64,000 nucleotides of DNA from Raillietiella orientalis (lineage: Eukaryota): positions 2,914,001-2,978,000 of the forward strand of contig JAYWIR010000020.1 in assembly GCA_036172245.1 (NCBI GenBank), in the 5' to 3' direction. This document shows, piece by piece, positions 1-11,916 of the stretch (position 1 is the stretch's first letter; every line of letters begins with the position of its first letter). Both the position numbers and the translations under genes were made by a program. The notes beneath the pieces are model-generated. The model did not search any database. It was given only the letters and a program-made list of their open reading frames with translations, and had not been told where the DNA came from.

Positions 1-1092
1 GCAAAGGGCTAGATGGCCATGCCTGTTGCTTGTTGAAAGCGAAAGTTGGTTATGCAGTGGTTTCCAGGAAACACTGAGGTCAGATGACATGCTGGAAATG
101 ATGTAATGGCCGTCAGTTGATGATGCAGAAATGTTGCATACAATTCTTTAACGAAATGATGCCTTGAAAAGAGCATGCATTTACGAAAGGCTTCAATAAG
201 TGCAAAGTGTGCAACAATTAGGAGAATGGTGTGCAGTGGTTATGCTGACAGGTTGAGGATGCGGTTGTGATGTTCACGAGTTTCCCTACGTGGCAGTTAA
301 GGAATTGCTTGCTCTTGGGGAAATATGGGTAAATCGACTGCTGGTTGTGTATATCTTATGGCCATGGGTAGTTCTGTGCGAGGCTGCATCCATCAGTGCT
401 TTTGGCAGATGCAATTGGGCAAACTGCAATGTGATGCATCGTATGGTGGTCGAATGTAGCAGTTGAGGCGCCTGAAATACATGTTCGTAGTAAAGATTCG
501 TAGATGTTAGCAACCACGTTGCACATAATCTTGTTTCTGGTAACTGACGCGCTTTGAAAAGCGGTCTGGTTGAGCTACAGGGTTTGTGGAAGCCAAAGGG
601 ATTGCTTGACAAGGGAGGAGGTTGTTGGCGGAAGTGAGGAGGAGGTCAGATGGCATAAACCTTTTCATTGCAGAATTGTTTTCACGGAAGAGGGTGCCTG
701 GTGAGCGTTAGTTTTTACATCAAAGCTGCGGAGATCTGTAGGATGATGAAGCGGGTAGAACGTGAGTCGCAATAGAGGTATGTGGACGGAAGTGTTTTTG
801 TGCACAAAAAGATACCGGAATCAGTGGTACATATGCAGGTGTTGTGCATTCGGAGACGATCTGAATTTTCAGTTTATCAGAGAAAGATGACATCAGACTA
901 GTTTGGAATGCCCTTTTCGTTTGGAGACGCATTTGTACCAATTTTCTTGCTTCTCTGATCCTTGAAGAAGAGGGAGTTAGAAATAATTGTGAATCGTGAG
1001 GTGGGAGGGTGTTTTCCGTCACATGGAGCTTCCGCGATCGTTACGAACGGTTTCATGGGGCTAATTGGTTTATTAGCGAATTTCTGAGCAAC

Positions 1093-1277
1093 ATCCCTTA
1101 TCAATAATCTCCCTAACTGTACTAGCATGCATTAACTAATTTCTTAATATAAGCCCTCTCATCAACTGCAACCCCATAATAATCATCATAACATTTCAAC
1201 CCCTAAACATAAAATTCATTATACCCATCAATAATAAACCAATAAAGAGCCCTGCAATCGCTATATATTTCTCCATG
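1093..1277 (-). pseudogene. nad5: NUMT: fragment of mitochondrial NADH dehydrogenase subunit 5 (C-terminal region)
   Basis: Abrupt A+C-rich block on the + strand. Under the invertebrate mitochondrial code the minus strand reads MEKYMAIAGLFIGLLLMGMMNFMFSGWNVMMIIMGLQLMSGLMLSN*LMHASTVSEIIDKG, with TGA as Trp. It is hydrophobic and ends at a D-x-G(W) motif typical of the ND5 C-terminus. Gene identity is inferred from motifs only. Confidence 0.55.
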
Positions 1278-3366
1278 CTGCGGCGAGTGAGCACGCATTC
1301 CGAGAGAGACTTGCATTCCTTACCAGAATGACCTGGAAGCTGTTGTATTTGTATCAGGTGGATGTAAATACGAACGGAAATGGGACATGCAGTAGTTTTT
1401 ACTCTCCTTCAGTGCCATCAATTAGGATGAGGTTTTGTGTACTTGCATTCCCAGCGCCCCGGGTTTTACGGGAAATTACGTACTCGGAACGTGTGTACGC
1501 ATATGGGGATTCGTGGGTTACAATGAGCGGTGCGGGTCTTATGCAGATTAGCCAACGGTCGTGAAGTTTCAACCAATTGGAAGTTTGGGTTCGCTGAAAA
1601 AAATTATCTGGCTGATCGATTAGTTAGCGATGTAGCGGTGTACGAAGCGCACAGAGTTAGCGAGAATCCTGGAACGGACAGAGGAAACACCCTTGTGAAT
1701 AATGATTATAACGGTTTCCGGTTCTTTGAACGTGCCAGTGGTCTGCGAGGTTGCGTTGTGAGCTGTAATTAGATCTGTCGGATGCCTTCTTTTGGCAGCA
1801 AGGGTTCACTATTTGCAAGTTTATAGTGGCAACAGTTGGCGAATTGGTTGCTGTACTCAATTGGTTGAGCGCTTATGGCAAACGGTCTCATGTTGCAGTC
1901 TGGGAGGCTTGTTGGTGACGGCTCCTGTTGCGAAGCAAGTAAGTTTCAGTCTATCCGACGTAGGCAGCTATCGTGATCAACTGAGAACTTGCACAGAGAA
2001 GTGGAATCGGATTGCCTTTTTAAAACGGAGTTTCCTGACGGCTATTGGCGGTGTAGTTACTATCTATAATTGGTTTAGTTACCTTCTATACTTGAGGTTC
2101 GTCCAGGGAAGCATATTGTATTTGATTTACATCAAATGCCACTGCTTTTCCTATACCTAATGTTATGACATCAGAGAAAATATGAGCCGAACTTCCAATA
2201 AATTGTGCCTTAAGCTAAGCTCGATCATCCCAGGAATGTACACATTTGCTCTTATTTGTGGCCTCTTCGGCCGGCACATAATTATCGACATGGTGTGAAC
2301 ATTTGTGGCAGTGGCCATAGCTAAAAGCATGATCTGTAAGCACAGATAAACAATTTGACACCAATACAAATATAGAATTCAACAAATTTATACTAAGGAA
2401 AATGGAAAACTACATAAAAAATTCCAACATTTTGTTTAGGAGTACGATACTACTAATTTTCTGATTTCATACCATCCGGTACTCTCCTGCAGTGTTTCCC
2501 AGTAGCGAAGTGCGCGCACAGTAGGGCTTAGGGGTTTTCTCGCGTGGGCTGCACTGGTAAGGGTGAAACGTTGAGTTAATTTTTCATTTTTAAATTAAAT
2601 GTTTTAATTAATCTGTCCAATTGTTAATAAATGGGCAGATATTGAGACTAAGAAATTAAATTTCCATAGAGTTCAATTGCTTCGAACCAGAAATCCAAAA
2701 ATGGTTTAGTCACATGACCTGTATTGTACTGAGACGGAGACCGATGATCCTCCTTGTTGAATTGTCATTCTTGTTTGCATACTTGTATTCTTTGCTTAAT
2801 AGCTCCTTCGATCTGAAAATGGACAAAAAGTTGAAATATGCTGCGCAGTTTCCTGCATCTCTTCATCTTTTCTGCCTTTGAGATCATCAGTGTTGCCAAT
2901 GGTAGTGTCGTTTAGAAAGTGTATTTTCTCGAAGGAATCTTGGCATTCCAGGCATTATTTGTCACGAGTTGAGACGTACTAGAGATGGGTGCAAGTGAGG
3001 ACCACATTCGTGCGTCTCCATTATCCTTAAGTTCTACTCATAGTGAATGTAATTCGGACGAAAATAGAAGTGGAAGTTATGGAGCACTTGATGAAGAGGC
3101 GAAGTTGTGTCTTGAAGTCATGGTTTTCGTTACTGATCTTCGAGTCTTTCACGAGAAAACGCAGCAGCATATCCGCAGAATACTGGGAAGAGTTCTCTTG
3201 TGGAAGATTGCCTTGTACGCTGGTATTCGTGTGGTGGAGACTGTGGACATAGGTTCTCAAAGGACATGGGTTCTTTGAATACAGTCTCTCATTCTAATGC
3301 TAGTCCGTATATTTGAAAACGAAGGCGCAGTGTTTCTATAAGAGTTTGGGAATTAGGGGTATGTCT

Positions 3367-5462
3367 TAACACCCGGATATGCCGGGGCATTTATTTAGGG
3401 AATAAAAATACAATTCCATTTTCTCATGGTGAACCTAAGGGCTCACCACGTCACAGCAACTTGCAGTTTGTCGGTGCAAAGACCGGCGAGGTCCATCCAC
3501 TGCGCAGGGGTAGGGGAAAAACAAACAAAAACAAAAACTGAAACGTGAAACGTGGGGAGGGAAGAAATCTGTAGGGGTGAGGAGGGCGGGGGAGGGATTA
3601 CATTGTGCGTGGAGCGGTTTTCTAGATCCTGTTCATGATCCAAGCAAGCCGCATCCTTTCTGCACCCATTTGGGGCCACCTGGCGATGTTCCACACAAAG
3701 ATGCGCGTCCAATGGATGGCATACCTGCCATACTGTCCTATTCTGGACGCGTTCCATGCCGCCACGATTGCACGAATGCAAAAACAGCACTGCTATAGAC
3801 GCGGCTGGGGTCAAGGCGGCACGCGAGAAGAGGCGCCTGAAAATGTCCCTGGGGTCGCCTCCGCCAATGTTCAGGATCGTTGCAAGACGATTCTAGAGCG
3901 GACGGAGGGCGATGCAGTCCACGAGAAGGTGCGTGAAAGTCTTTTCCCCCGCACCGCTCACACAGGGCATCCACACTTCCACGTGTCCAGTGAGTGAGGC
4001 GTGGTTTGCATGGGAGTCCCCAATGCAGGACGAACAACGCCACCTCCTGCTACTTCATGGGGAGGGAACCACTGTTCCAACACGCTGAGGGCCACTTCAC
4101 CTCCTCCGGAGGTAATGCGAGTAACTCGCCCCGGTGTACAAGTCCATATTCGGTCGCAGCGTCCGGTAGCTGACGAGATGTCCACGCCTTTATCGGTTTG
4201 GTCCTGCCGTCAATGACGCAGGACACATTACACTCCCTCGTCGCTGTCCCTAGCGTTCACCAGGGAGGGCAGCACTGGGGCAAGAGCCCACAGCAGCTTG
4301 TCGTGGGATTTCACATCTGCAGCGTCCAGCGAGCGTGTCTTCTCAGGCAAGTGTTTTTTGTTCCATACGGATCGTTGCCCACGTAGAAACTGACACCCGC
4401 AGCCATGCGGAACAGTTCGCGGGGAGGCAGAAGGTTCAGGCACTCTCCCAAACCACAATGGCTATGCGACGCAGCTGAGGCCTGCATTGCGTGAGCCTGT
4501 CGTCGATCGTCACCAGAAACGACGAGAGTCCTCAGAAACCTGTGGCTCGTTGGGCCAAGAGGCATGGTGGGACGCACGATGGCGTATCCCACAGTTCGAC
4601 CGCAAGGGCGAGAGCCCGGAATCTGGTGAAGCTCCGTGCGCTCCAACGTAAGGTGGCCCAGTCCACCATCCCTACGTGGAGCACACAAGTGCTTCAATCT
4701 CACGCGGGACTTTCCTGTGCGCCACAGGACTGTCCTTAGGAGGCCCGCTGCTCGCTTTCTGATGATGGGAGGGCGGGACAAAAAAGCAGGGGTGGAGGAA
4801 GGGGGCCGCAAACGCGTTCCACCGCGGCTCGTTCCTGCAAGTAAAACTTGCCTTCTTGGAACGGGCCGATCGGCAACAATGCCTTCTGGAGACGGTCGTA
4901 CCAGGCTTCTGCTAGCAGAAGTCCTCCAATGGAACGCCGAGGTACTTCACGTACCACCCTTGAGGATCCCCAAGCGGATCCAGTCCGACCAGTCTTGCCC
5001 ACGTCGCACCGACCGGCACCAAGGACGACTTTTCCCTGCCCGCCTCCAGGCTTGCTCCCCGACTTGACAACTCAAGAAGCGTTCGAGCGCGGACGTCGGA
5101 GTGGTCCCGGGGAGAAGCAGCAGAAGATCATCTGCATAGGTCGATACTGCAGGAGTGCCCGGGCACGAGCTTGACCAGGTTGCCAGAGTTTCCTTGTATG
5201 CTCTCTGCACCAACTCGAAGTGGATCCAAGGGGCTCAGACTATCTCCCTGCCGGGTGCCGCGGCGAACTGATACGCCGTACACGTGCTGGCCGCTGAAAC
5301 CAATATTGATATATGCGTTGCGCCAGCAGGAGCGCAGGTAGGACTGGAACACGGTCGGCAAACCCATGCGTTCCAGTAGCTCCAGAAGGAGTTCCTGGTC
5401 GACGCAGCAGTCGAAAGCTTTGCGCAGATCGACCGCGACTGCAAGGGCTCCTGCCGAGTCGA
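3367..5462 (-). mobile_element. 5'-truncated Tx1/L1-clade LINE (RT C-terminal half, zinc finger, 3' UTR), frameshifted
   Basis: AVDLRKAFD, RRGTRQGDSLSP, YADDLLLL and LHWGLPC...CERCG motifs across several frames. The family 3' terminal AATAAA plus CCCGG-N5-CCGGG hairpin is at 3370-3395. Confidence 0.93.
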
Positions 5463-5999
5463 GCTCCTTGTATTTTTGGCTATATTTTTTGAGCCTTTGG
5501 ATTATGTCATGGGAGCGAAGTCGAGCAATGGTCTTGATTTGAAGGAGTATCATAAAGTTAAGGATTGTGTCGCTGATAGCAATATCCGTTTGCTGAGAAT
5601 GTGGTTCCTGGTTTGTGGCCTGAGTATTCTAAGCTTTTCTCAACGTTGGATTATTTCAGGCGGAAGCCTGGTTCATTTTATGAAGATAGGTTTTCTCGAG
5701 GTGTGAGGGTGTACTACGTTGTTCGTATGATAGTGAGGACTAATGTGGAAGGTGGTGCTTATAGTAGTCGTCGAAAGTGTCCTTAGTTGGACACGGATTC
5801 TGGTTTGGATATGTAGGTTAAGTTGGAGACTTTGCTTGTGTATACAGTACGGCGCGTTTCCGGTTTTACTCTACCGGATGCTTGGGTGCAGCGTAAAGTT
5901 GGTGAAGCTGATATTTTGTTGAAGAATGCGCCGGTGGTGCGAATTCATCGTTCTGTGTATGCTGTTTTTTCGAAAAACGTTCGAAGTGTCAATTGGTGA
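5463..5999 (+). pseudogene. cap: Endogenous CRESS-DNA virus capsid gene, copy 1 (5'-truncated by the LINE)
   Basis: Broken frames give ...RKCP*LDTDSG...PVVRIHRSVYAVF, which align by eye with AKCPWVDSGEDG...PIYRITQKF of the capsid at 6932-7908. Followed by AATAAA at 6003-6008 and convergent with rep. Confidence 0.65.
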
Positions 6000-6002
6000 G
6001 GA

Positions 6003-6040
6003 AATAAATGTAAAAGTTTCTTTAACTATGTTCCTTTATT
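6003..6040. terminator. Convergent polyadenylation signals of cap1 (+) and rep1 (-)
   Basis: AATAAA on + at 6003-6008 and on - at 6035-6040, between the two convergent stop codons. Confidence 0.65.
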
Positions 6041-6061
6041 GCAGGAGTTATTAGGCCTTCG

Positions 6062-6584
6062 TTAACGGTAAGAGTGGTTGGGTTTCGTTGTGCTTGGAGA
6101 ACAAACCCATGGGCGAATGTCGCCTTCTTCTCCAACCTTGCAATCAGTTTTCTTGGACAACGAGTGACTGGAAATGTTTTGTATGATCCATCTATCTGTG
6201 GACATCTTGGAATAGTCCGGTTCTCAATTCGCAAAGACTATAATATGGGGTGGCTGGAAATATTTGATGGATCCTTGGTATTTCGTTATCTTCTTTACTG
6301 CAGTACCAAATGTTGCTCTGAGATGTGCCTTTGGTTCGCTCTAGGTGAGTTTTGTGGAATGGTTTGCGGTGCGAACCAGGCAAAGTTCTCGGCTCCTTGA
6401 GTTGGATGTACCCTTGCAAGCGCGGAGTTCCGGTTTCGGCTGTTTCGCGTACAATGCAGGCGAAGCAGCAGTTTAGTCGGCACCATTGCTTGATGTCTTT
6501 AAACTCTTGTTCTGTGTAATTGCAAAAAGTCATGCACCAATTGAAATTAAGTGCGTAAGGCATATTGACGTCACTGGAGGTCAT
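6062..6584 (-). pseudogene. rep: Endogenous CRESS-DNA virus Rep, copy 1, with an internal deletion of most of the SF3 helicase
   Basis: HUH motifs I (WCMTFCN), II (TPRLQG) and III (YCSKE). At ~6284 it jumps out of frame to the C-terminus [31 protein letters not shown]. Confidence 0.92.
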
Positions 6585-6623
6585 TCACTGCAGGTAAGAC
6601 TGCGGTTCGGATCCTCTTGGTGG

Positions 6624-6631
6624 TTTATATA
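6624..6631 (-). promoter_or_regulatory. TATA box of rep1
   Basis: TATATAAA on the - strand, 40 nt upstream of the rep ATG and next to the ori hairpin. Confidence 0.6.
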
Positions 6632-6658
6632 CTGGCTAAGTGCGCAGTACTTTCGTTA

Positions 6659-6690
6659 GCGCAATCTGGTCAGTATTATCCAAATTGCGC
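6659..6690 (+). promoter_or_regulatory. CRESS rolling-circle origin stem-loop
   Basis: GCGCAATCTGG / CCAAATTGCGC form an 11-bp stem with one mismatch. The loop holds CAGTATTAT (6671-6679), one change from the NANTATTAC nonamer. It lies between divergent rep and cap. Confidence 0.85.
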
Positions 6691-6931
6691 AGTAATTATC
6701 CGATACCGTAGGAAATTATGTAAGCAGGTTCATTTTGAGTGGCTGGTGTTCTTTTATCCGCAGTCGTGGAAGACTTAGGAATGCGGAAAAGCGACATGCT
6801 TTCCAGCTGATGAGTCTGGTGAAACCCGACCCCGTGGAAGGCTAGTGTAGTCGGGTGGGCCAAGCCCACCAGCTGAAAGTTAACAGGGGTGGGGGGATTG
6901 AAAAATCCTCAGTAGGCTTTCTAGAAGCCGA

Positions 6932-7908
6932 ATGGCGACATTATGTCGTTTTGCTCGTCGAAAAAGGAAAGATGGTTCTGTCGTTGCTGTAGGGAAGCGT
7001 CGTCGACTGACCAGATTGCGCTCTGGTTATGATACGTTTAAAAGGCGTCGTCGTTGGAATCGTCGTAGGAGAAAAGCTCGATTATATCGTAGTCCTCGTT
7101 GGAGAACTGCTTGTTCTCTTCGTGTAGTGGAAAGGGCTGTGTTGGTTGGTGCGGTTCATTATGCTTCTCTGCGGACGGTGGACAATGATGATGTAAACTG
7201 TTCGTGGTTGTTTGCTTACCTGGAGGATTATAAAACTTTGAGCACGTTATTGAGAACATTAAACTTGGAACAGTATGCGCGTTATTATCATTATGTGAAG
7301 ATAAAAGGATGTGCGACGAAGGTGGAGCCAATGTCTTTGGGTTTAACGATAGGGAATATGGCGGAGGAGTTCGGGATGAAAGTATCGTATAGGAATATGA
7401 TTTTGCACCAGTCGGCTGCGCAGGGTTCCGTCGAAGATGATGCCATTTTTGAGATGATGCCATGGTATTGTGGAAGTCGGCGCCGCAAGGGGAGCATTTC
7501 GGAAACATGGGTGGATTGGATTACGATAATGTGAATGATCGTATATTAGCGCCCGAGACGTCTGGTTATTGGGCGAGATATTTTGGAATACGTTGGTATT
7601 CAAAGGTGTACGTGTTGAAACGGGTGGAAATGGCGGGTTTCTAGGTGCATCGCTATGCAAAGTGCCCGTGGGTGGATTCTGGCGAAGATGGAGGCGTGGA
7701 TTCTGAGACGCATGTGCAAATTGGTTTTGGACGTTTCCATGTCCTGAAGCATATGTCTGCAGTGGTCATACCTGACAATCTGAAAGATGGTTGTGTTCAC
7801 GGTGTGTGTCCGAAGAACGGGCAGCTTGTAACAGGTTATCCGATTTATCGTATAACCCAAAAGTTTTGTTATTTAAGCATCTGCGAGATGGATTGTATGG
7901 CTAAATAA
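6932..7908 (+). pseudogene. cap: Endogenous CRESS-DNA virus capsid gene, copy 2 (full length, frameshift ~7530, stop at ~7642)
   Basis: Very Arg-rich N-terminus (KRRRRWNRRRRKARLYRSPR), YARYYHYVKIKG and CPWVDS. Divergent from rep across the ori, with AATAAA at 7904 and 7921. Confidence 0.85.
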
Positions 7909-7937
7909 ACGTTAAGTTGGAATAAATTATTTTTATT
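7904..7937. terminator. Convergent polyadenylation signals of cap2 (+) and rep2 (-)
   Basis: AATAAA on + at 7904-7909 and 7921-7926, and on - at 7932-7937, overlapping the stop codons. Confidence 0.65.
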
Positions 7938-8635
7938 GGTCTACTTCAACGAAAAAGGGAGACAGTGTACTGGCTTGGGAAGAGGCAGGTGACTGCTCTG
8001 GTCTTGTGCTTGAAGAGGCAGTCCACGGGAGGATGTCTCCTACTTTCCAGTCGGTCTTGCGGCTGAGGGTAGAGCTGCCGATGTTGTGTACAATCCATCG
8101 GTCGTTTGATAGTTTTGTGTACTCCGGCTCCCAATTCGCGCAAACGATGATGTGGGGTGGTTGGAAGTACTTATTGGAGCCTTGATATTTGGAATCAAAT
8201 ATGATTCCGTTCTTGAGGCTTTCGATGAAGTCGTATTGGACGTGCTCCATGTTATCTTTTGAAAAGTCGACAACGATGATACTCTCGCCATTGTCAAAAT
8301 GGGCGGCGTCGGCTTTCTTGCAGCTGTGCATGTATATTCCGCCTTTCTTTAGAAATAGAAACTTGGCCCTGGTTGTCTTGCCGGTGTTTCCTATGGTATC
8401 ATAGTACCAGTGGATTTTCCGATCGTTGGGTTTGTGTCGGATGAGGTCGAGTATTCTGAGTTGCTATTCTCTAAGTTGTAGCCCTGCGAGCGGGTTCGGA
8501 TGGAGTCGTGTTCTGGAGAGGCGAAAGCATTCCTTTATCAAATTGATATTCTTTGCATAAAAGTGAGTGTGATTCTTCCGGATGTATAACTCGTCTGTGC
8601 CGTTTTCAATGAGTTGTAATATCTGGAATGGAAAT
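7933..8635 (-). pseudogene. rep: Endogenous CRESS-DNA virus Rep, copy 2 (SF3 helicase half, nanovirus/alphasatellite-like), 5' part replaced by a LINE
   Basis: LRE*Q...DRKIHWYYDTIGNTGKTT (Walker A), IIVVDFSK (Walker B), ESLKNG...SKY, [8 protein letters not shown] (motif C) and LSNDRW. One in-frame stop at 8464. Confidence 0.93.
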
Positions 8636-8639
8636 GTTG

Positions 8640-11600
8640 GCAGTCCGACCACGCTTCGGCTGCGCCGATAGCGCCCAACGGAACGCTAAGGTACTTGAAG
8701 TACCCGCCCGTGGGGATCCCCAGGCGGATCCAGTCGAACTTCCTCTCCCACGACGCACCCACAGGAACGACCACGCTCCTCCCTCTGTTCACGCTCACGC
8801 CCCCTCCCCGACGAATCAGGACAAAGAAATCCTCGACACTGGACGCCTGGTTGGACATGGAGAGCAGAACCAGTTCATCTGCATAGGCAGCCACGGGAGG
8901 CGTTCCCGGGCAAGAGCTAGGCAGGTATTCCAGTGTCGGCATGTACGCCCTCAGCACCAACTCAAAGAAGATGCTAAAGAGCAACGGGCTGAAACTGTCG
9001 CCCTCCCTGATGCCCCTGCGCACGGGAATACCGTACGGCTGTCGTGCGCCACGCACCTCTGCAGCTCGAGCCACGTGCACGCGAAGAACAGGTTCGCCTC
9101 CATGGACCGTCCGGGAACAGCATACGACTGCTCCGGACTTACCACGGATCCGGTGATCCTGCCTAGGCGCGCGACCCAGACCTTGGAGAAGAACTTGACG
9201 TCCGAATTCACGAAGGTGATCGGACGCCAGTTGTTTAATTGGCGCATCTCTCCGCCTTTCGGCAGGAGACGCACCCTTGCTGAGCGAAACGAGGCCGGGA
9301 CATTGCCCGTCTCTCACATCAGCGTAGAAAGGCTCAGCACCTGGGGGATGAGCTCCGCCGCGAAGCACTGGTAGAACTCCGCAGGCAGACCATCCTCACC
9401 TGGCGCCTTTCGCCTCTTTAGGCCCTCCATGGTGGAAGACACTTCTTCCGCCGTGAAGGGCAAGTCCAAATTGGCGCTTTCGTCCTCGTCGACAGCAGGA
9501 GCATCCGGCGGAAGAAGCAGCTCGTAAACACTGAGTTCCGTCGGCTCCCTTGCATACAACGAAGAGTAGTAGCGCTTTAGGAGGCGGCGAACATCGACCG
9601 GTCTCGAGCATTCCAGGCCCTGGTCGTCGAGCAGACAAGCCACTCCTGACTGCCAGACCTGGCGCTCGGCCTTGTCCTTGTACTCCGCAAAGTACCGGAC
9701 GTCCGGGCATCGAGAGAATTGGCGGACCGATGTTTTCAGATCGTCCCAGTCCACGAGCTCCCGTACGACCAAGCTTCGGAGATGCTGGCAGAGGTGCTCC
9801 GCAGCCACCGGATTTCTCAACCAGTTGGCCGGCAGCCTCCAGACGTGCGTCGGAGGGCCCTTGCCAGGCGGCAGTAACTCGAACTCCAGCCTGTGGTGGT
9901 CGGAAAGCTGGGACGGCACGGGTCCTCTTCGACCCACCCAACAATGCAGGTGATCGTCGAGGAACACATGGTCCGGCAAAGCACGCATTCCGGGATCGTC
10001 GGCCAGCAAATTCGAAGCGTGCACGGACGCGCACACCTCGTTCACCAGCCGCTTCTCCCGGCGACGGTGTGTCTCCTCCGATAGCGCATGGACGTTGAAG
10101 TCCCCGGCTACGAGGTGAGCCACGTCGGGGCCGGAGTTGCTGAGCCAGCGGTCGCGCATTCTCTCGAAAAACTCGAGTTTCTCGGTGTGACGCGCGGAGC
10201 CGCTCGGCGCGTACACGTTCGTGACGACAAGGTTGATCGATTCGGACCACTTGAGAACAAGTTGGTCCACACGACCTTCGTCGTCGAAACAAACGCTCCG
10301 CACGCCCCCATCACCCTGCCCCGGACAAGCAATGCCATTCCGCAGGTATTCTGGGAGCCTGACCTCCAATGGAGCGTCCTGCCTGCGCGGACTGCTAGAT
10401 CGGCCGCTTGCTGTTCGGAGAGCGCGTGAATCTCCTGCAGCAGGGCCAGATCAAAGTCCCGCAACACGGTACCTACCAATCGCCTCTTCTCGTTGTCCTG
10501 CAGACCGTTGACGTTCCAACAGGCCACTCGGACGCGACGGGAAGAAGCGAGACCGCGCATTGCTGCTACGGACATGGAGGTGCGTTCCTCGCCCCGTCCG
10601 GCGAGGCATCAGCCGGGAGCACGGCGGATGAGGTAGCGCAAGCGCTTCCTGTCCCCGCCGCGCCGCTCGCGGCCGGCTCGGTGGAGTCGAGGACCATTGC
10701 CTCGGGCTCCGAGGAGCATCGGGAACCGTTCCCGGCATCAGGCTCTTGCCTGGCAAGTTTTGGCTTGCGCGCAGCCCTGGCCTTGACCGGGGCTTGGTGA
10801 GCCTTAGCGCTGCCCTCGGACTCCACCTCGGAGTCCGAATTGGGCGCGTGCGGCGGGCGTTTCGCCCGCCTCTTTGTTTGCTGGCAGCCCGGAGCTGGTC
10901 CAGCACTCTTAGAGGGTGCCTTCGTCGCCGATCCCCCTTTCGGGGTCACGGCTTCGGCAGCTCCCCTCTCTCTGCGGGTGTTTGCGGCGGCGCGCGCGGC
11001 GGCAGCAGAGGCTTTTCCTTGCGCCTTTCTGGGCGCGCGGGGTTGCCTCTTCACTCCGCCTACCTTTTTGATCGGGAAGTGGGAAGGATCGCGCGGTTTG
11101 CGCTCCTTCTTTCCCCCGACGAAGGTTCTGCCATCCTCGCCGCCTTCCTGTTTGCCCCGGTTGGGCGCGAGGGCTTCCAGGGTCCTTCGCATCCTTTCCA
11201 AGGCCTCGGATACGGCGATGGAGGCCAGTGACTCCTTCGCCACGTCTGCCTTCTGCACCTCCTTACTTGGAGGTGCGGGCACAGTGGCGGGATTCTCGGG
11301 TGTCGCGCGAGGCTTTTCAGCCTTTGCTGGCGTTCGGCCCGCCGTGGCCGGCTTGCCTGTCGCGGGCAAAAGGGCGCGCGACCCCTTTTTTGTAGCTTCG
11401 GTGGACTTCCCGGGCGTGCCACCGCTATTTCGCTCCGGAGCAAGAGCGGACGGAAGCGGCGGTGGTTTTGCAGCCTGCCCGATGTTATCGGCGGGCTGGG
11501 TTGCTCGGGGCTTCACTGAAGCAGTCTGGAGAAGCTTCTTGTCCTTTCGCGCGGGTTTTTGTGGAGCATTGCTCCGAGAATTGCCCGCGGAAGCGGACTT

Positions 11601-11916
11601 TTCACTTCTCCGCTGCGAATCCTCGTTCGCGCCTGATTTCTTCCCCGACGACGGGGCGGATGGAGTCGGCGCGGACGGCGATGTTGCGGGGAGGTTTCTC
11701 GCCGTCTTTCGTTTTAGCTCGGCGCACTCGTTAATCGAGTGGCCGAGCAGCTTACAGTATCGGCAACTGCGTGTTGGGCACTTCCGCGGACGGTGGCCCT
11801 CCTTCCCGCAGTTGCCGCAAGCGGGGGTTTGCCCGGCAAACCGGAGATAGATGACGACGTCACCGAGGAGGATCTGCGAAGGCATGAGCCTCCGGTCGTC
11901 CATGGTGACGCGCGCC
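8640..11916 (-). mobile_element. Tx1/L1-clade LINE fragment: ORF1 C-half plus ORF2 (APE endonuclease and partly deleted RT), truncated at both ends
   Basis: ORF1 (10566-11903) has CCHC knuckles CGNCGKEGHRPRKC and CRYCKLLGHSINEC. ORF2 from 10575 has WNVNGL, LLQE, NVYAP, GDFN, SDH, KAPGEDG, WRPI and YADE. Confidence 0.93.

Noticed and set aside
3160..3200. Walker A-like YPQNTGKS suggesting parvoviral NS1
   Set aside because: Lacks the leading Gly, lies in a stop-ridden frame and has no Walker B or motif C.
5780..8470. Repeated Trp-to-stop changes in the CRESS genes as deaminase editing
   Set aside because: Only three cases, and TGG is one transition from a stop, so neutral decay explains them.
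6200..8635. A single CRESS genome linearised within rep
   Set aside because: rep1 has its own C-terminus (6062-6283), distinct from that of rep2, so there are two rep genes.
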